DNA from: an uncultured Verrucomicrobiae bacterium
GTDB lineage: Bacteria; Verrucomicrobiota; Verrucomicrobiia; Limisphaerales; Palsa-1400
Reading direction: 5' to 3'
DNA length: 64,000 bases
NCBI GenBank assembly: GCA_963707025.1
Contig: CAVPOM010000018.1
Coordinates: forward strand, 480,001-544,000
Below the pieces are notes generated by a model, which was not told the DNA's origin, ran no database searches, and saw only the letters and a list, made by a program, of their open reading frames with translations. Shown in pieces: positions 10,005-18,317 of this stretch. Position 1 is the first letter of the stretch. The number at the start of each line of letters is the position of its first letter. The position numbers and the translations under genes were made by a program.

Positions 10005-10011
10005 AGACAAA

Positions 10012-11001
10012 TTATCCTTCTTCAACCATGATTTTCTTCTCTTTTGTTGAGGGCGCCGAATGGAGCGCCTCCGGCCGACCAAGCTTCGATTCATAATACT
10101 TGGCCCTCACTTTCAACAGAAAAGCAAGGCAATGAGAAGGCAGCAGATTTTTTACGCCAAGGTGAAGCCTCAACTTCAACGCCATTTTCCCTCGAGGCGT
10201 CAGGGGGATATAGTATCTCGGATAGGACAGCTTCTGAAAGCCCATCCGCCTTTTGAACTCAGTAAGCGGGCTGCTTTCCTTTTTTCCGTAGCTGTACTTG
10301 CCGTACGTGAAGTGCGTCAGGCCCTTTTGGCAGGAAATCTCAACCGCCTTGGCGACCAAGGCGCTGGCAGGGCGCTTGTCGAAATGGGCCATTTTTGATA
10401 CGATTTGCATAATTCTCGCCGTCTTGTCCACGTAAACGAGTTGGATGAACCCAATCAATTCCCCGTCCGCCTCGGCCGCAAGAAAAGCGTCACGCCCAAG
10501 GAAAGTGGAATTGTTTCTCTTGACCGTTTCAAAGTCCTCCTGGTAATGCTTGTTGGGGAAACCCTGTCGGACAGGCACTTCATCATAAACCCCCTTGATC
10601 CCGAGAACGAGATCGTCGTCCAAAGGCGCTATCGTTACTTTAACACCGCGTTTTTCTGCCGCGCGGACATTTCTTCTCGAATCCTGCGAAAGTCCTTTCC
10701 ACCAAGCCTCATAGCTCGTAAGACAAATCGCGGCAAAATTGTCCCATTCCATGTGGTATTGCGTGAACTTTGGGTTTAGTTGATGAATAGATTGCGCGAA
10801 GGTAAAAATGTCCGCCAGCAGCTTTGAATTTTTTAGCTTGGCTACAAACTCAGCGGGCTCTTCAATAGGCTGGCCTTCCGCGTAATCCTCTGCATTGATG
10901 TGGGCGGTTTTAAGCCATCGGCCCGTAGTCACAATCTCGCGCTCTTCAATCATGGCCGATGGCAGGCCGATTTTCCCGCCCCGTATTTGATTTTCTTTCA
11001 T
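10012..11001 (-). CDS. FemAB-like GNAT-fold protein (putative aminoacyl-tRNA-dependent transferase)
   Basis: SQDSRRNVRAAEKRGV and LTEFKRRMGF segments resemble Fem/Acetyltransf_6 motifs; start 11001 or 11013. Confidence 0.7.
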   Translation of the reverse strand: MKENQIRGGKIGLPSAMIEEREIVTTGRWLKTAHINAEDYAEGQPIEEPAEFVAKLKNSKLLADIFTFAQSIHQLNPKFTQYHMEWDNFAAICLTSYEAWWKGLSQDSRRNVRAAEKRGVKVTIAPLDDDLVLGIKGVYDEVPVRQGFPNKHYQEDFETVKRNNSTFLGRDAFLAAEADGELIGFIQLVYVDKTARIMQIVSKMAHFDKRPASALVAKAVEISCQKGLTHFTYGKYSYGKKESSPLTEFKRRMGFQKLSYPRYYIPLTPRGKMALKLRLHLGVKNLLPSHCLAFLLKVRAKYYESKLGRPEALHSAPSTKEKKIMVEEG

Positions 11002-11226
11002 GCCATCCTTCATCAGGAATGTGGTGGCCCCGACCTGGATCCAGGCTCAACAAGTCCAGCACCGGATTTCTTGCCAGCGCGACGAGTTTTTCTTAAGTCT
11101 CTTGGGCGACAGGCTCAGTTTGTGCCATCAAGGGCTGCGGTTTGCGCTGTTGGAACCCGACGCCGAGCAAAAGTCGCTGGCATTGCCGGGTACCTAAGCT
11201 GGCTTGGTATTTCTGGCGCATAAGTG

Positions 11227-12351
11227 TTAATTCGTCTTGAATTGCATGAGCGGTGGCCGTGCCGGCGCGCCGTCGCGCGCGGCGACGGCGTACTCCACCG
11301 CGCGCAGAAAATTCTGGAACATGTTCTCGGTCGAAGCCTCGCGCATCACGTCCTCGCGGGCGTTCCGCGAAAAGGCCTCCCGCTCCCCTTCATTGTCCAA
11401 GAGGTAAAGCATCTTTTCCTTGAGCTGGGCGACATCGTTTTGCGGCACTATGAACCCATTGCGGCCCGTTTTGAGAAGGTGAATCTCCGGCGGTTGCAAG
11501 CCGGCTTCGGTCACAACTGGCAGGCCCCAATAGAAGGCCTGATTCAAACCCAATCCGATGTGACCGGGCACCACGAAAATGTCCGCCGCCTTGAAAAGCC
11601 GGCTGACTTTCAGATCTTGGGGGTCGTGCAGCGCGCCCAGATAACGCGTGTTTTTTGGATTGATCCGGGCCTGCAGCGCCTCCGGCATCCCGGCCCCGAC
11701 AATCACCGCGCCGATGTCGTCCCGCTCAACGACCCGGAATACTTCGATCAGATGTTCGACTTTTTTCCGCTCGCCCGACAGTCCCATGGTGCCGACGAAC
11801 AAGACCAGGAGCTTAAAGGGCAGGCCGAATTCGGCCTTGATTTGATTTTTGCTTTCGTTGACCGCGGGAATGTCCTCAAAATTGATGGTGTTGTTGGCGG
11901 CAATCGCCTTGGCGCGATGGCGCGGCCTGAGCTGGTCAACCTGGTTGGCGGAATACAAAATGATCGCGTCGCTCAATGCGTGAATGTGGTTGAACAGCCA
12001 ATAGCGCCAAACACTCTTGGGTAAGTCCAGGTTGATGCCTTTCGTCCAGCAAATCACCGGGATGCGCCTCCATTTCAGCCAATGAATCAACGGCCAGAAT
12101 ATCAGCTCTTTCATGTGCAGGAAAAGAATGACCACCTCCGGTTTCGTTGCGCGCACCAGCGCGGCGTAGCGAGGGAAGCTAAAAGGCTCTTCCCGAAGTG
12201 CAAAGCGCACGGGGCGCGGGTTGCCCGGTTGCACGCCGCTGGTCAGCGTTTTGAATTCCCAGCCGTGCTCGCCAAAGCGGCGCGCCAAATAATTATAGAC
12301 CGACACGCGATAGTGCAGGACTTTGCTGGAAATCAGAAGAACCGTTTTCAT
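11227..12351 (-). CDS. GT4 glycosyltransferase
   Basis: LFVGTM..KKVEHLI, ADIFVVPGHIGLGLNQAFYWGLPVVT, GRNGFIV. Confidence 0.85.
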   Translation of the reverse strand: MKTVLLISSKVLHYRVSVYNYLARRFGEHGWEFKTLTSGVQPGNPRPVRFALREEPFSFPRYAALVRATKPEVVILFLHMKELIFWPLIHWLKWRRIPVICWTKGINLDLPKSVWRYWLFNHIHALSDAIILYSANQVDQLRPRHRAKAIAANNTINFEDIPAVNESKNQIKAEFGLPFKLLVLFVGTMGLSGERKKVEHLIEVFRVVERDDIGAVIVGAGMPEALQARINPKNTRYLGALHDPQDLKVSRLFKAADIFVVPGHIGLGLNQAFYWGLPVVTEAGLQPPEIHLLKTGRNGFIVPQNDVAQLKEKMLYLLDNEGEREAFSRNAREDVMREASTENMFQNFLRAVEYAVAARDGAPARPPLMQFKTN

Positions 12352-12412
12352 CAAATGGCTGACGCTGTTGTCGTCTGTCGATCACGCATATGGCAAACTA
12401 CGAGCTTTATGG

Positions 12413-12886
12413 CTAATTTTCCCCTTTTTCTTTCAATCTCCGATAGTCGGTAATCTTGATGTTTTCCTTCACGATTTTAGCAGGAACGCCGGCAACGAGG
12501 CAATTGGGCGGAACATCCTTGAGCACTACGGCGTTGGCCCCGATGACCACGTTTTCACCAATCTTGATCGGACCAAGAATCACGGCACCGGCGCCGATGA
12601 GCACATTATCTCCGATGACCGGCGCTTCATCCAGGATGGAACTGGTGGCGCCAATCGTCACTCCCCCGTGAATGATGCAATTGCGGCCGACCACACACTT
12701 CCGATGAAAGACCGTGCCGAGGCCCCCATAACCAATCCGCGTGTTGGGGCCGATGTCGGCCGACGGCGGGATGACGGAGGAAAAGACAATCCGGATGAAG
12801 ACCTTGATGAGCGATGGGAGCACGGGCACCCGGGCTTTATAGAGTGTTCTGGATAGCTTGTAAAAGAAATAGACGAGGAGGTACAT
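12413..12886 (-). CDS. Serine-acetyltransferase-like hexapeptide acyltransferase
   Basis: Left-handed beta-helix repeats PVIGDNVLIGAGAVILGPIKIGENVVIGANAVV, VAGVPAK; start uncertain. Confidence 0.85.
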   Translation of the reverse strand: MYLLVYFFYKLSRTLYKARVPVLPSLIKVFIRIVFSSVIPPSADIGPNTRIGYGGLGTVFHRKCVVGRNCIIHGGVTIGATSSILDEAPVIGDNVLIGAGAVILGPIKIGENVVIGANAVVLKDVPPNCLVAGVPAKIVKENIKITDYRRLKEKGEN

Positions 12887-13147
12887 AAAACCGTCTGGCC
12901 GCCTGTCTCCCATCATACGCCCGCTGTAAATGCGGGACTTGCTTCTAAACGCTGTGATGACGGCGGCGTTGGTAAAATGCGCAAATTGCTCGGAGGCAAT
13001 AGCGGTTGAGTGGCAGAACCACTGGATCGTTGGCCAGATGGTCAAGTTTGTCACCCGGCACTTCATTGGAAATGAGCAGAACTTTCTTGTGAACAGGGTC
13101 GGCCATAAGAGCTAACCTCAACCGTGATCATGGAAGCACACCGGCGC

Positions 13148-14365
13148 TTACCGTGATAGCTGACCTTCCTGCCGGGCGACCTTGGCCTTTTGGTGATGCA
13201 AGAGAATGGACAAGGCGGCAAACATGGTCGCCTGGCCCCAATGCAAGGTCGGCGTCTTGTTCGTCATCAGAGGATATTTGCGATAATAAAAATAGCCGGC
13301 CGGGTCCTGCATGTTGGCGATGGTCCACAGCGCCACCTTCTCCGCCATGTCAATGCTCCGGGAATCCATTTCATGGAGGTTGACCAGCGTTTGGATCCCT
13401 TGGGAAGCGCATTGGATATCCAGCGGAGAAGTCTTGTGATCGTAGTAGCGCGGTGTTCCGTCCGGCCCGAAAAAAGTATCCACGTAGAACTTGTACCCTT
13501 TTGCCAACGCGGGCTGAAATTTTGAGTCGCCGCTGTGGCGGCCATAATGGTCGATCGCCTCCAGGTTGTAGCCCGTGTGGAAGGAGTCCACCCAATGCCA
13601 GCGGGGATGCGAGCCGTAATTCCAAGCCCCATTGGGCATTTGATCTCGCACGGTAAACCGGACGGCTCGTTCGGCGATCTGCGTGTAAAGCGGATTCGGC
13701 GAGTGCGAATGGACACGGGCCAGCAGGCCGGCCCCCAACACATTGGAATTGTGGATGCCATGCTCGCCCTTGACCGGTTGGCCGCCGTTGGCCGGAATGT
13801 AGTTCAAGCAAATGTCCTGGCCCGTCTCAATCCAACCCAACTCCTTGGAGATAAACTCCGCCACGCCTGAGGCGACCGCCAAATCCTGTTCGAGAGAAAA
13901 AGCCTCGTAGGCGTCCAAAAAGGCGTGGCCGATCAGGCTGGTCCACACCACTGTGGGTGTGCCACAGGGAATTCGTCCGCCGCGTGATTCATAGTCGAAA
14001 TGATTTCCCCAAGCATATCCCTTGAATTCGGGGCAACGATGCTGCCTCAGCCAATCCAAACAAAAGCGCATTTTCACCCGGTAGGCGTCCGAGCCAGTCG
14101 TTTGAAAGAGGCGAAGATAACCTTGGGCAAAGAAACCCATGGCCTTGCTGGATTGGGCAGGTTTGATGCCCAACAGCGGACGCAGGTTGATGGGAAACCT
14201 GCGCACCGCCTGCTGCCAAAGGCGTCTGAGCAAGGGGCGCCCGAGGGTGAAGAGACCGGCATAAGGGGATGATAAACCATCGAACGTGTCGTAGGCTCGA
14301 TAATCTTTGGCAGCAACCCACTCTTCCAGTTTCAGAACCGAGCTGCTGATTTTTTTATCTGACAT
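13148..14365 (-). CDS. Six-hairpin glycosidase-like (alpha/alpha barrel) protein of EPS loci, function unknown
   Basis: AYDTFDGL, WGNHFDY, HNSNVLGA, WVDSFHTGYNL, MQDPAGYFYY, HWGQATM. Confidence 0.6.
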   Translation of the reverse strand: MSDKKISSSVLKLEEWVAAKDYRAYDTFDGLSSPYAGLFTLGRPLLRRLWQQAVRRFPINLRPLLGIKPAQSSKAMGFFAQGYLRLFQTTGSDAYRVKMRFCLDWLRQHRCPEFKGYAWGNHFDYESRGGRIPCGTPTVVWTSLIGHAFLDAYEAFSLEQDLAVASGVAEFISKELGWIETGQDICLNYIPANGGQPVKGEHGIHNSNVLGAGLLARVHSHSPNPLYTQIAERAVRFTVRDQMPNGAWNYGSHPRWHWVDSFHTGYNLEAIDHYGRHSGDSKFQPALAKGYKFYVDTFFGPDGTPRYYDHKTSPLDIQCASQGIQTLVNLHEMDSRSIDMAEKVALWTIANMQDPAGYFYYRKYPLMTNKTPTLHWGQATMFAALSILLHHQKAKVARQEGQLSR

Positions 14366-14384
14366 AATATAGAAAGGACGTTCC

Positions 14385-15641
14385 TTAACGGCAGAGCGAT
14401 TCGTATGCGTTCAGCAAGTTCTTCCCGACCACCGACCACTGCAACTCCCGTTCCACCCGGGCCCGCCCAAAGTCCCCCATTTCCTTCCTCAAACCGGGGT
14501 CGTCCATCAATTTGGCGATGCCCGCCGCAAAGGCCTTCTCGTCGTTGGGCGGCACATACAAGGCCGCCTGCTGCGCGGAAAACCGCGTCTCCTTCAGGTC
14601 GAACGTCACGATGGGTTTGCTGAACGCCATGTACTCCATGATCTTGATCCAGGTCGAAACGTCATTGAGCGGGCTGGAAGGGTCGGGATCTACACAAATG
14701 TCGGCGGCCGCCAAGTTTGACCTCAAATCTTCTTCCGAGACAAAACCGGTCAGTTCCAGGCATGCTTCCAAATGCAATTCCCCGGCCAGAACGCGCAGAT
14801 CCGGGAGGGAATCCCCGCTGCCCATGACCACACAATAAAAATCGGTCCGTTTAAGGTCGTGATACAGATAACCGAGCGCACGGAGCAAATAATCCACCCC
14901 GTCCTGCGGATTCAAAGCGCCGATATAACAAAGGATCGTTTTCTTCATGGCGCGCAGGCGTGGACTGGGCGCGGGCGGGGTCATGCGCGAACCGTCCGGG
15001 CCGTTCCGGACCACAAAAACAGTCTTGGGATCGCGCCCCCCGCGCTCAATCTGGATTTGCTTGTACGATTCGTTGGTGGCGACAGTCACATTGGCCAGCC
15101 GAAGACTGCCCGCCTCAAAAAAGCGCAACAACCTGGAATAAAGACCGTCCTTGGCTCCGTAACGGGACTGATACAGTTCCGGACAAAGATCGTGGTGGTC
15201 AAAAACAAACTTCTTGCCCAACAACTTGTAGGGAAGGGCGACCAGAAAAAGTGTGTCCGGCGGATTGTGGGCATGCAGGACATCAAACCCTTCCTTCAGC
15301 AAGATATACGCGCTCAGCGCCAGGCAGCCTCCGGTGAAAGTTCCGTACTCGGCCATGTAGCCCAGAAAAGACTTGGCCTTGAGCCAGGCCAACCCCAAAG
15401 GACCGGCGTCTCGGGAGGGCGTCTTGCTGAACAACTCGCAAGGACGCATTCGATAGGCTCTCACGCCGTCAATTACCTCGGTGAAGGCCTGGCCCCGTTT
15501 GCGCCACGCAATGACCGATACCTGGCAGCCCGCCCCGGCCAGCAAGGTCGCCTCATTGCGCACCCGGGTGTCTTGAGGGTAGAAATTCTCCACAAGCATC
15601 ACGATGCGCTGGCGTTTTGCGGGCATATCTGGTCGGTCCAC
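14385..15641 (-). CDS. GT4 glycosyltransferase (WbuB-like)
   Basis: HAHNPPD, FDHHDLCPELY, KIMEYMAFSKPIV. Confidence 0.9.
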   Translation of the reverse strand: MDRPDMPAKRQRIVMLVENFYPQDTRVRNEATLLAGAGCQVSVIAWRKRGQAFTEVIDGVRAYRMRPCELFSKTPSRDAGPLGLAWLKAKSFLGYMAEYGTFTGGCLALSAYILLKEGFDVLHAHNPPDTLFLVALPYKLLGKKFVFDHHDLCPELYQSRYGAKDGLYSRLLRFFEAGSLRLANVTVATNESYKQIQIERGGRDPKTVFVVRNGPDGSRMTPPAPSPRLRAMKKTILCYIGALNPQDGVDYLLRALGYLYHDLKRTDFYCVVMGSGDSLPDLRVLAGELHLEACLELTGFVSEEDLRSNLAAADICVDPDPSSPLNDVSTWIKIMEYMAFSKPIVTFDLKETRFSAQQAALYVPPNDEKAFAAGIAKLMDDPGLRKEMGDFGRARVERELQWSVVGKNLLNAYESLCR

Positions 15642-15653
15642 TCGAGGAGCGGC

Positions 15654-16961
15654 TTACCAACAGATCCCATCGTAGTTGGCCAGCCCGGCCGCCGGTTGGC
15701 GCCAAATGCGCACCAGATCGAGCACCGCTTTGCCATCACGATTCTTTTCCAACGCCTCTATAAACTGAGGCGTCTTCTTGCTGACCACGATCAGGTCGCT
15801 TTGGGCGAAAACGTCGCCCAAGTTTGGCACCATCAGAGAGGAAATGTGGGGAATCGTCTGCTCGATGTAACGCCGGTTGGCGCCGATCAATTGCGAGAGC
15901 GAAACCTCTTCGTCAAAGATCGCCAACTTGTATCCCTTGCCCAAAAGACGCTCTATGAGAATGACGATGGGGCTTTCCCGCAGGTCATCCGTGCCCGCCT
16001 TGAAGCTCAGGCCCAGCACTCCGATCCGCTTTTTGCCCGTTCGTTGCACCAATTCGAAGGCATGATCCAGATGCTTGCGATTGCTTTCCAAAAGCGACCC
16101 CAGCACCGGCAGGTCCACGTCCTGGCTCTTGGCTTTGTGCAAGATGGCGCGCAAGTCCTTGGGCAGGCACGAACCGCCAAAGGCGAAGCCCGGCTTCAAA
16201 TAATATGGGGAGAGGTTGAGCTTGGCGTCTTTGCAAAACACTTCCATCACCGAGAAACTGTCAATGCCCAGGCTCTTGCTCAGGACTCCTATTTCATTGG
16301 CGAAGCAAACCTTCAGCGCGTGGAAGGCATTGCAGGCGTACTTAATCATCTCTGCCGTCCGGATCGCTGTTTTTTCCAGCGGCGCGTTGATCGTTTCGTA
16401 GAGTTTGGCCACCGTTTCGGCGCCGCGGGCGTCCAGGCTGCCTATGACCGTGAAGGGCGGCGCGTGAAAATCGGCCACCGCGGTGGTTTCGCGCAGGAAT
16501 TCCGGGTTCATGCAAACCCCGAAATCCCGCCCGGCAACTTTGCCCGATCTCTCCGCCAGCAGCGGAATGATCCTTTCCTCCACCGTTCCGGGCAGCACCG
16601 TGCTGCGGACATTGACCACGTGGTAGGCGCCGGCCTGGCGCAACGCCTCCCCCAGTGATGCGGCTACCCGCTGCACATAATCCAGGCAGAGGCTCCCGTT
16701 GTGGTTGCTCGGCGTGCCCACACAAATGATGGAAACATCGCCCAATTCCCCGATCTCTTGCCGCGCCCGCAAACGGCCGGCCTTCACTCCCGCCTGAATC
16801 AACTCATCCAATCCCGGCTCAATCAGCGGACTTTGCCCGCTGTTGATCAGGGCCACCTTGTTGCGGTCCGTATCAATGCCGGTGACCTCGTGGCCCAACT
16901 CAGCCAGACAGGCGGAGGTCACACAGCCAACGTACCCCAGGCCAAAGATATGGACTTTCAT
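15654..16961 (-). CDS. Nucleotide-sugar 6-dehydrogenase (GDP-mannose dehydrogenase AlgD-like)
   Basis: GLGYVG, CVGTPS, NPEFLRE, FGGSCLPKD, GLSFKAGTDDLRESP. Confidence 0.93.
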   Translation of the reverse strand: MKVHIFGLGYVGCVTSACLAELGHEVTGIDTDRNKVALINSGQSPLIEPGLDELIQAGVKAGRLRARQEIGELGDVSIICVGTPSNHNGSLCLDYVQRVAASLGEALRQAGAYHVVNVRSTVLPGTVEERIIPLLAERSGKVAGRDFGVCMNPEFLRETTAVADFHAPPFTVIGSLDARGAETVAKLYETINAPLEKTAIRTAEMIKYACNAFHALKVCFANEIGVLSKSLGIDSFSVMEVFCKDAKLNLSPYYLKPGFAFGGSCLPKDLRAILHKAKSQDVDLPVLGSLLESNRKHLDHAFELVQRTGKKRIGVLGLSFKAGTDDLRESPIVILIERLLGKGYKLAIFDEEVSLSQLIGANRRYIEQTIPHISSLMVPNLGDVFAQSDLIVVSKKTPQFIEALEKNRDGKAVLDLVRIWRQPAAGLANYDGICW

Positions 16962-17051
16962 AATTTACAATCGAGCCGCACGCGGTTGCCGAATCAAGCC
17001 CGCTCTCAAAAACCAAAGATCAAGGAGCGGTAGATCACTTTCACCCCGAAA

Positions 17052-17082
17052 AGTTTATCACGGTCTGGGAGCACTGCGTCAA
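17052..17082 (-). promoter_or_regulatory. Possible internal sigma70 promoter ahead of the dehydrogenase
   Basis: TTGACG...TGaTAAACT (extended -10; long 19-nt spacer) in a 270-bp intergenic gap. Confidence 0.35.
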
Positions 17083-17233
17083 GTCCTTAGTGCGTCGGGG
17101 CTTGCATACGGTGACGCATTTTACAGTTAAGCGGCCATTCCACTGGGGCGTGTTATCCAGATCTGTTCGGATCTTTTCCCGGGTCCTGGGCGCGCCAGCG
17201 TTTTCCACCGCCGGCGCGAGGGCCGCCGTGGGT

Positions 17234-18148
17234 TCAGCCGGCCCCACGGCTGCTCCGCACGTAATCCGCAACCTGCCGGGGTGTTCCTTCCCAAAAGTGT
17301 CCGCCGTATTTGGACCGCGCATATTCGAGAAATTGCTCATAAAACGCGGCTGGGAACGTTTTCCAGTTTCCATTCCCTCCGGAGAAATCTACATAGTCTG
17401 GATGCACGTTCATCAGAACCATGCCGCCCTGCCTCGCGATCCAGTCCAGCTTCCTCAACCAAATCTCCGGGTTGCGCTCCCGCATCAGCAGGAACAGGGT
17501 TGAATCTTGTGGCAGGGTGTAAGGCAGTTCCACGAATCCCCGTCCACGCGCCCCCTCGCACCAAAATGGAAAAACCGTTCCCACCCCGTCGGGCTGCGGT
17601 TCAAACGGATCCGTGTCGAAAGTCGAGGCGTCGTATTCGATGTTCAAGTCCTCCAGCCAATTCAAGTTGTGAAACATGAAACCGGAGCGGAAGCCGACCG
17701 CGCCCCACGCTGCCAGATGCTCGTTGATCAGCACGGCCTTGGCCACGAATTTCTTCCGGTCACGGTAAAGTTTGCCGTCGTGGTACAGGTCATGCACGCC
17801 GACTTCAAACCCGGCGGCGGTCAACTCATCCCGCAACTCTTTTGTCACACGGTAATCCCCTTCGGGGATAAAGTTGAAGGAGGAGCGAAACCCCCATTTC
17901 TCTTCCAGTTCCATCAGTTGCCGGCATTTATCGAGGCCCGACTGGCTTTCCACATCATGCGTCAAGACTATGGCAAATTCCTTCCCATCCGGCCAGCCAG
18001 GCCAGCCAGGCCTCTTCCCAGACCCGGGCAGAACAGGCCAGAACTCGCGGGTATGCCGGCGCGTCCGCCGCACCAGCCAGCCGTGAACGGCCAGTCGGAG
18101 TGGGCGCGGAACCAGCGGTTTAAACTGATAGTAAAGCCGGGTGCGCAT
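17234..18148 (-). CDS. Polysaccharide deacetylase-like protein
   Basis: WPDGKEFAIVLTHDVE, FEVGVHD, GFRSG, ELPYTLPQD, VHPDY; likely start MRTRLYY. Confidence 0.8.
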   Translation of the reverse strand: MRTRLYYQFKPLVPRPLRLAVHGWLVRRTRRHTREFWPVLPGSGKRPGWPGWPDGKEFAIVLTHDVESQSGLDKCRQLMELEEKWGFRSSFNFIPEGDYRVTKELRDELTAAGFEVGVHDLYHDGKLYRDRKKFVAKAVLINEHLAAWGAVGFRSGFMFHNLNWLEDLNIEYDASTFDTDPFEPQPDGVGTVFPFWCEGARGRGFVELPYTLPQDSTLFLLMRERNPEIWLRKLDWIARQGGMVLMNVHPDYVDFSGGNGNWKTFPAAFYEQFLEYARSKYGGHFWEGTPRQVADYVRSSRGAG

Positions 18149-18317
18149 CACAAGGTGCGGCGGTTGCCCCGCCTGAAAAGGTAGGAAGGCACAGGGGTAA
18201 TCTTGGCAATGCTGCTTCAGACTTTTTCGGCCTCCTCTATCAGTTATCTGGCTTCCCTTAAATTCCCCGCCCCCGTTGGCGGTCATCATCAGAATCCCAA
18301 TCGCCCGCGGGCTGTCC

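Noticed and set aside
14772..16658. 628-aa plus-strand ORF, and similar ones at 30437, 51000 and 52844
   Set aside because: Each lies opposite well-supported genes; shadow ORFs.
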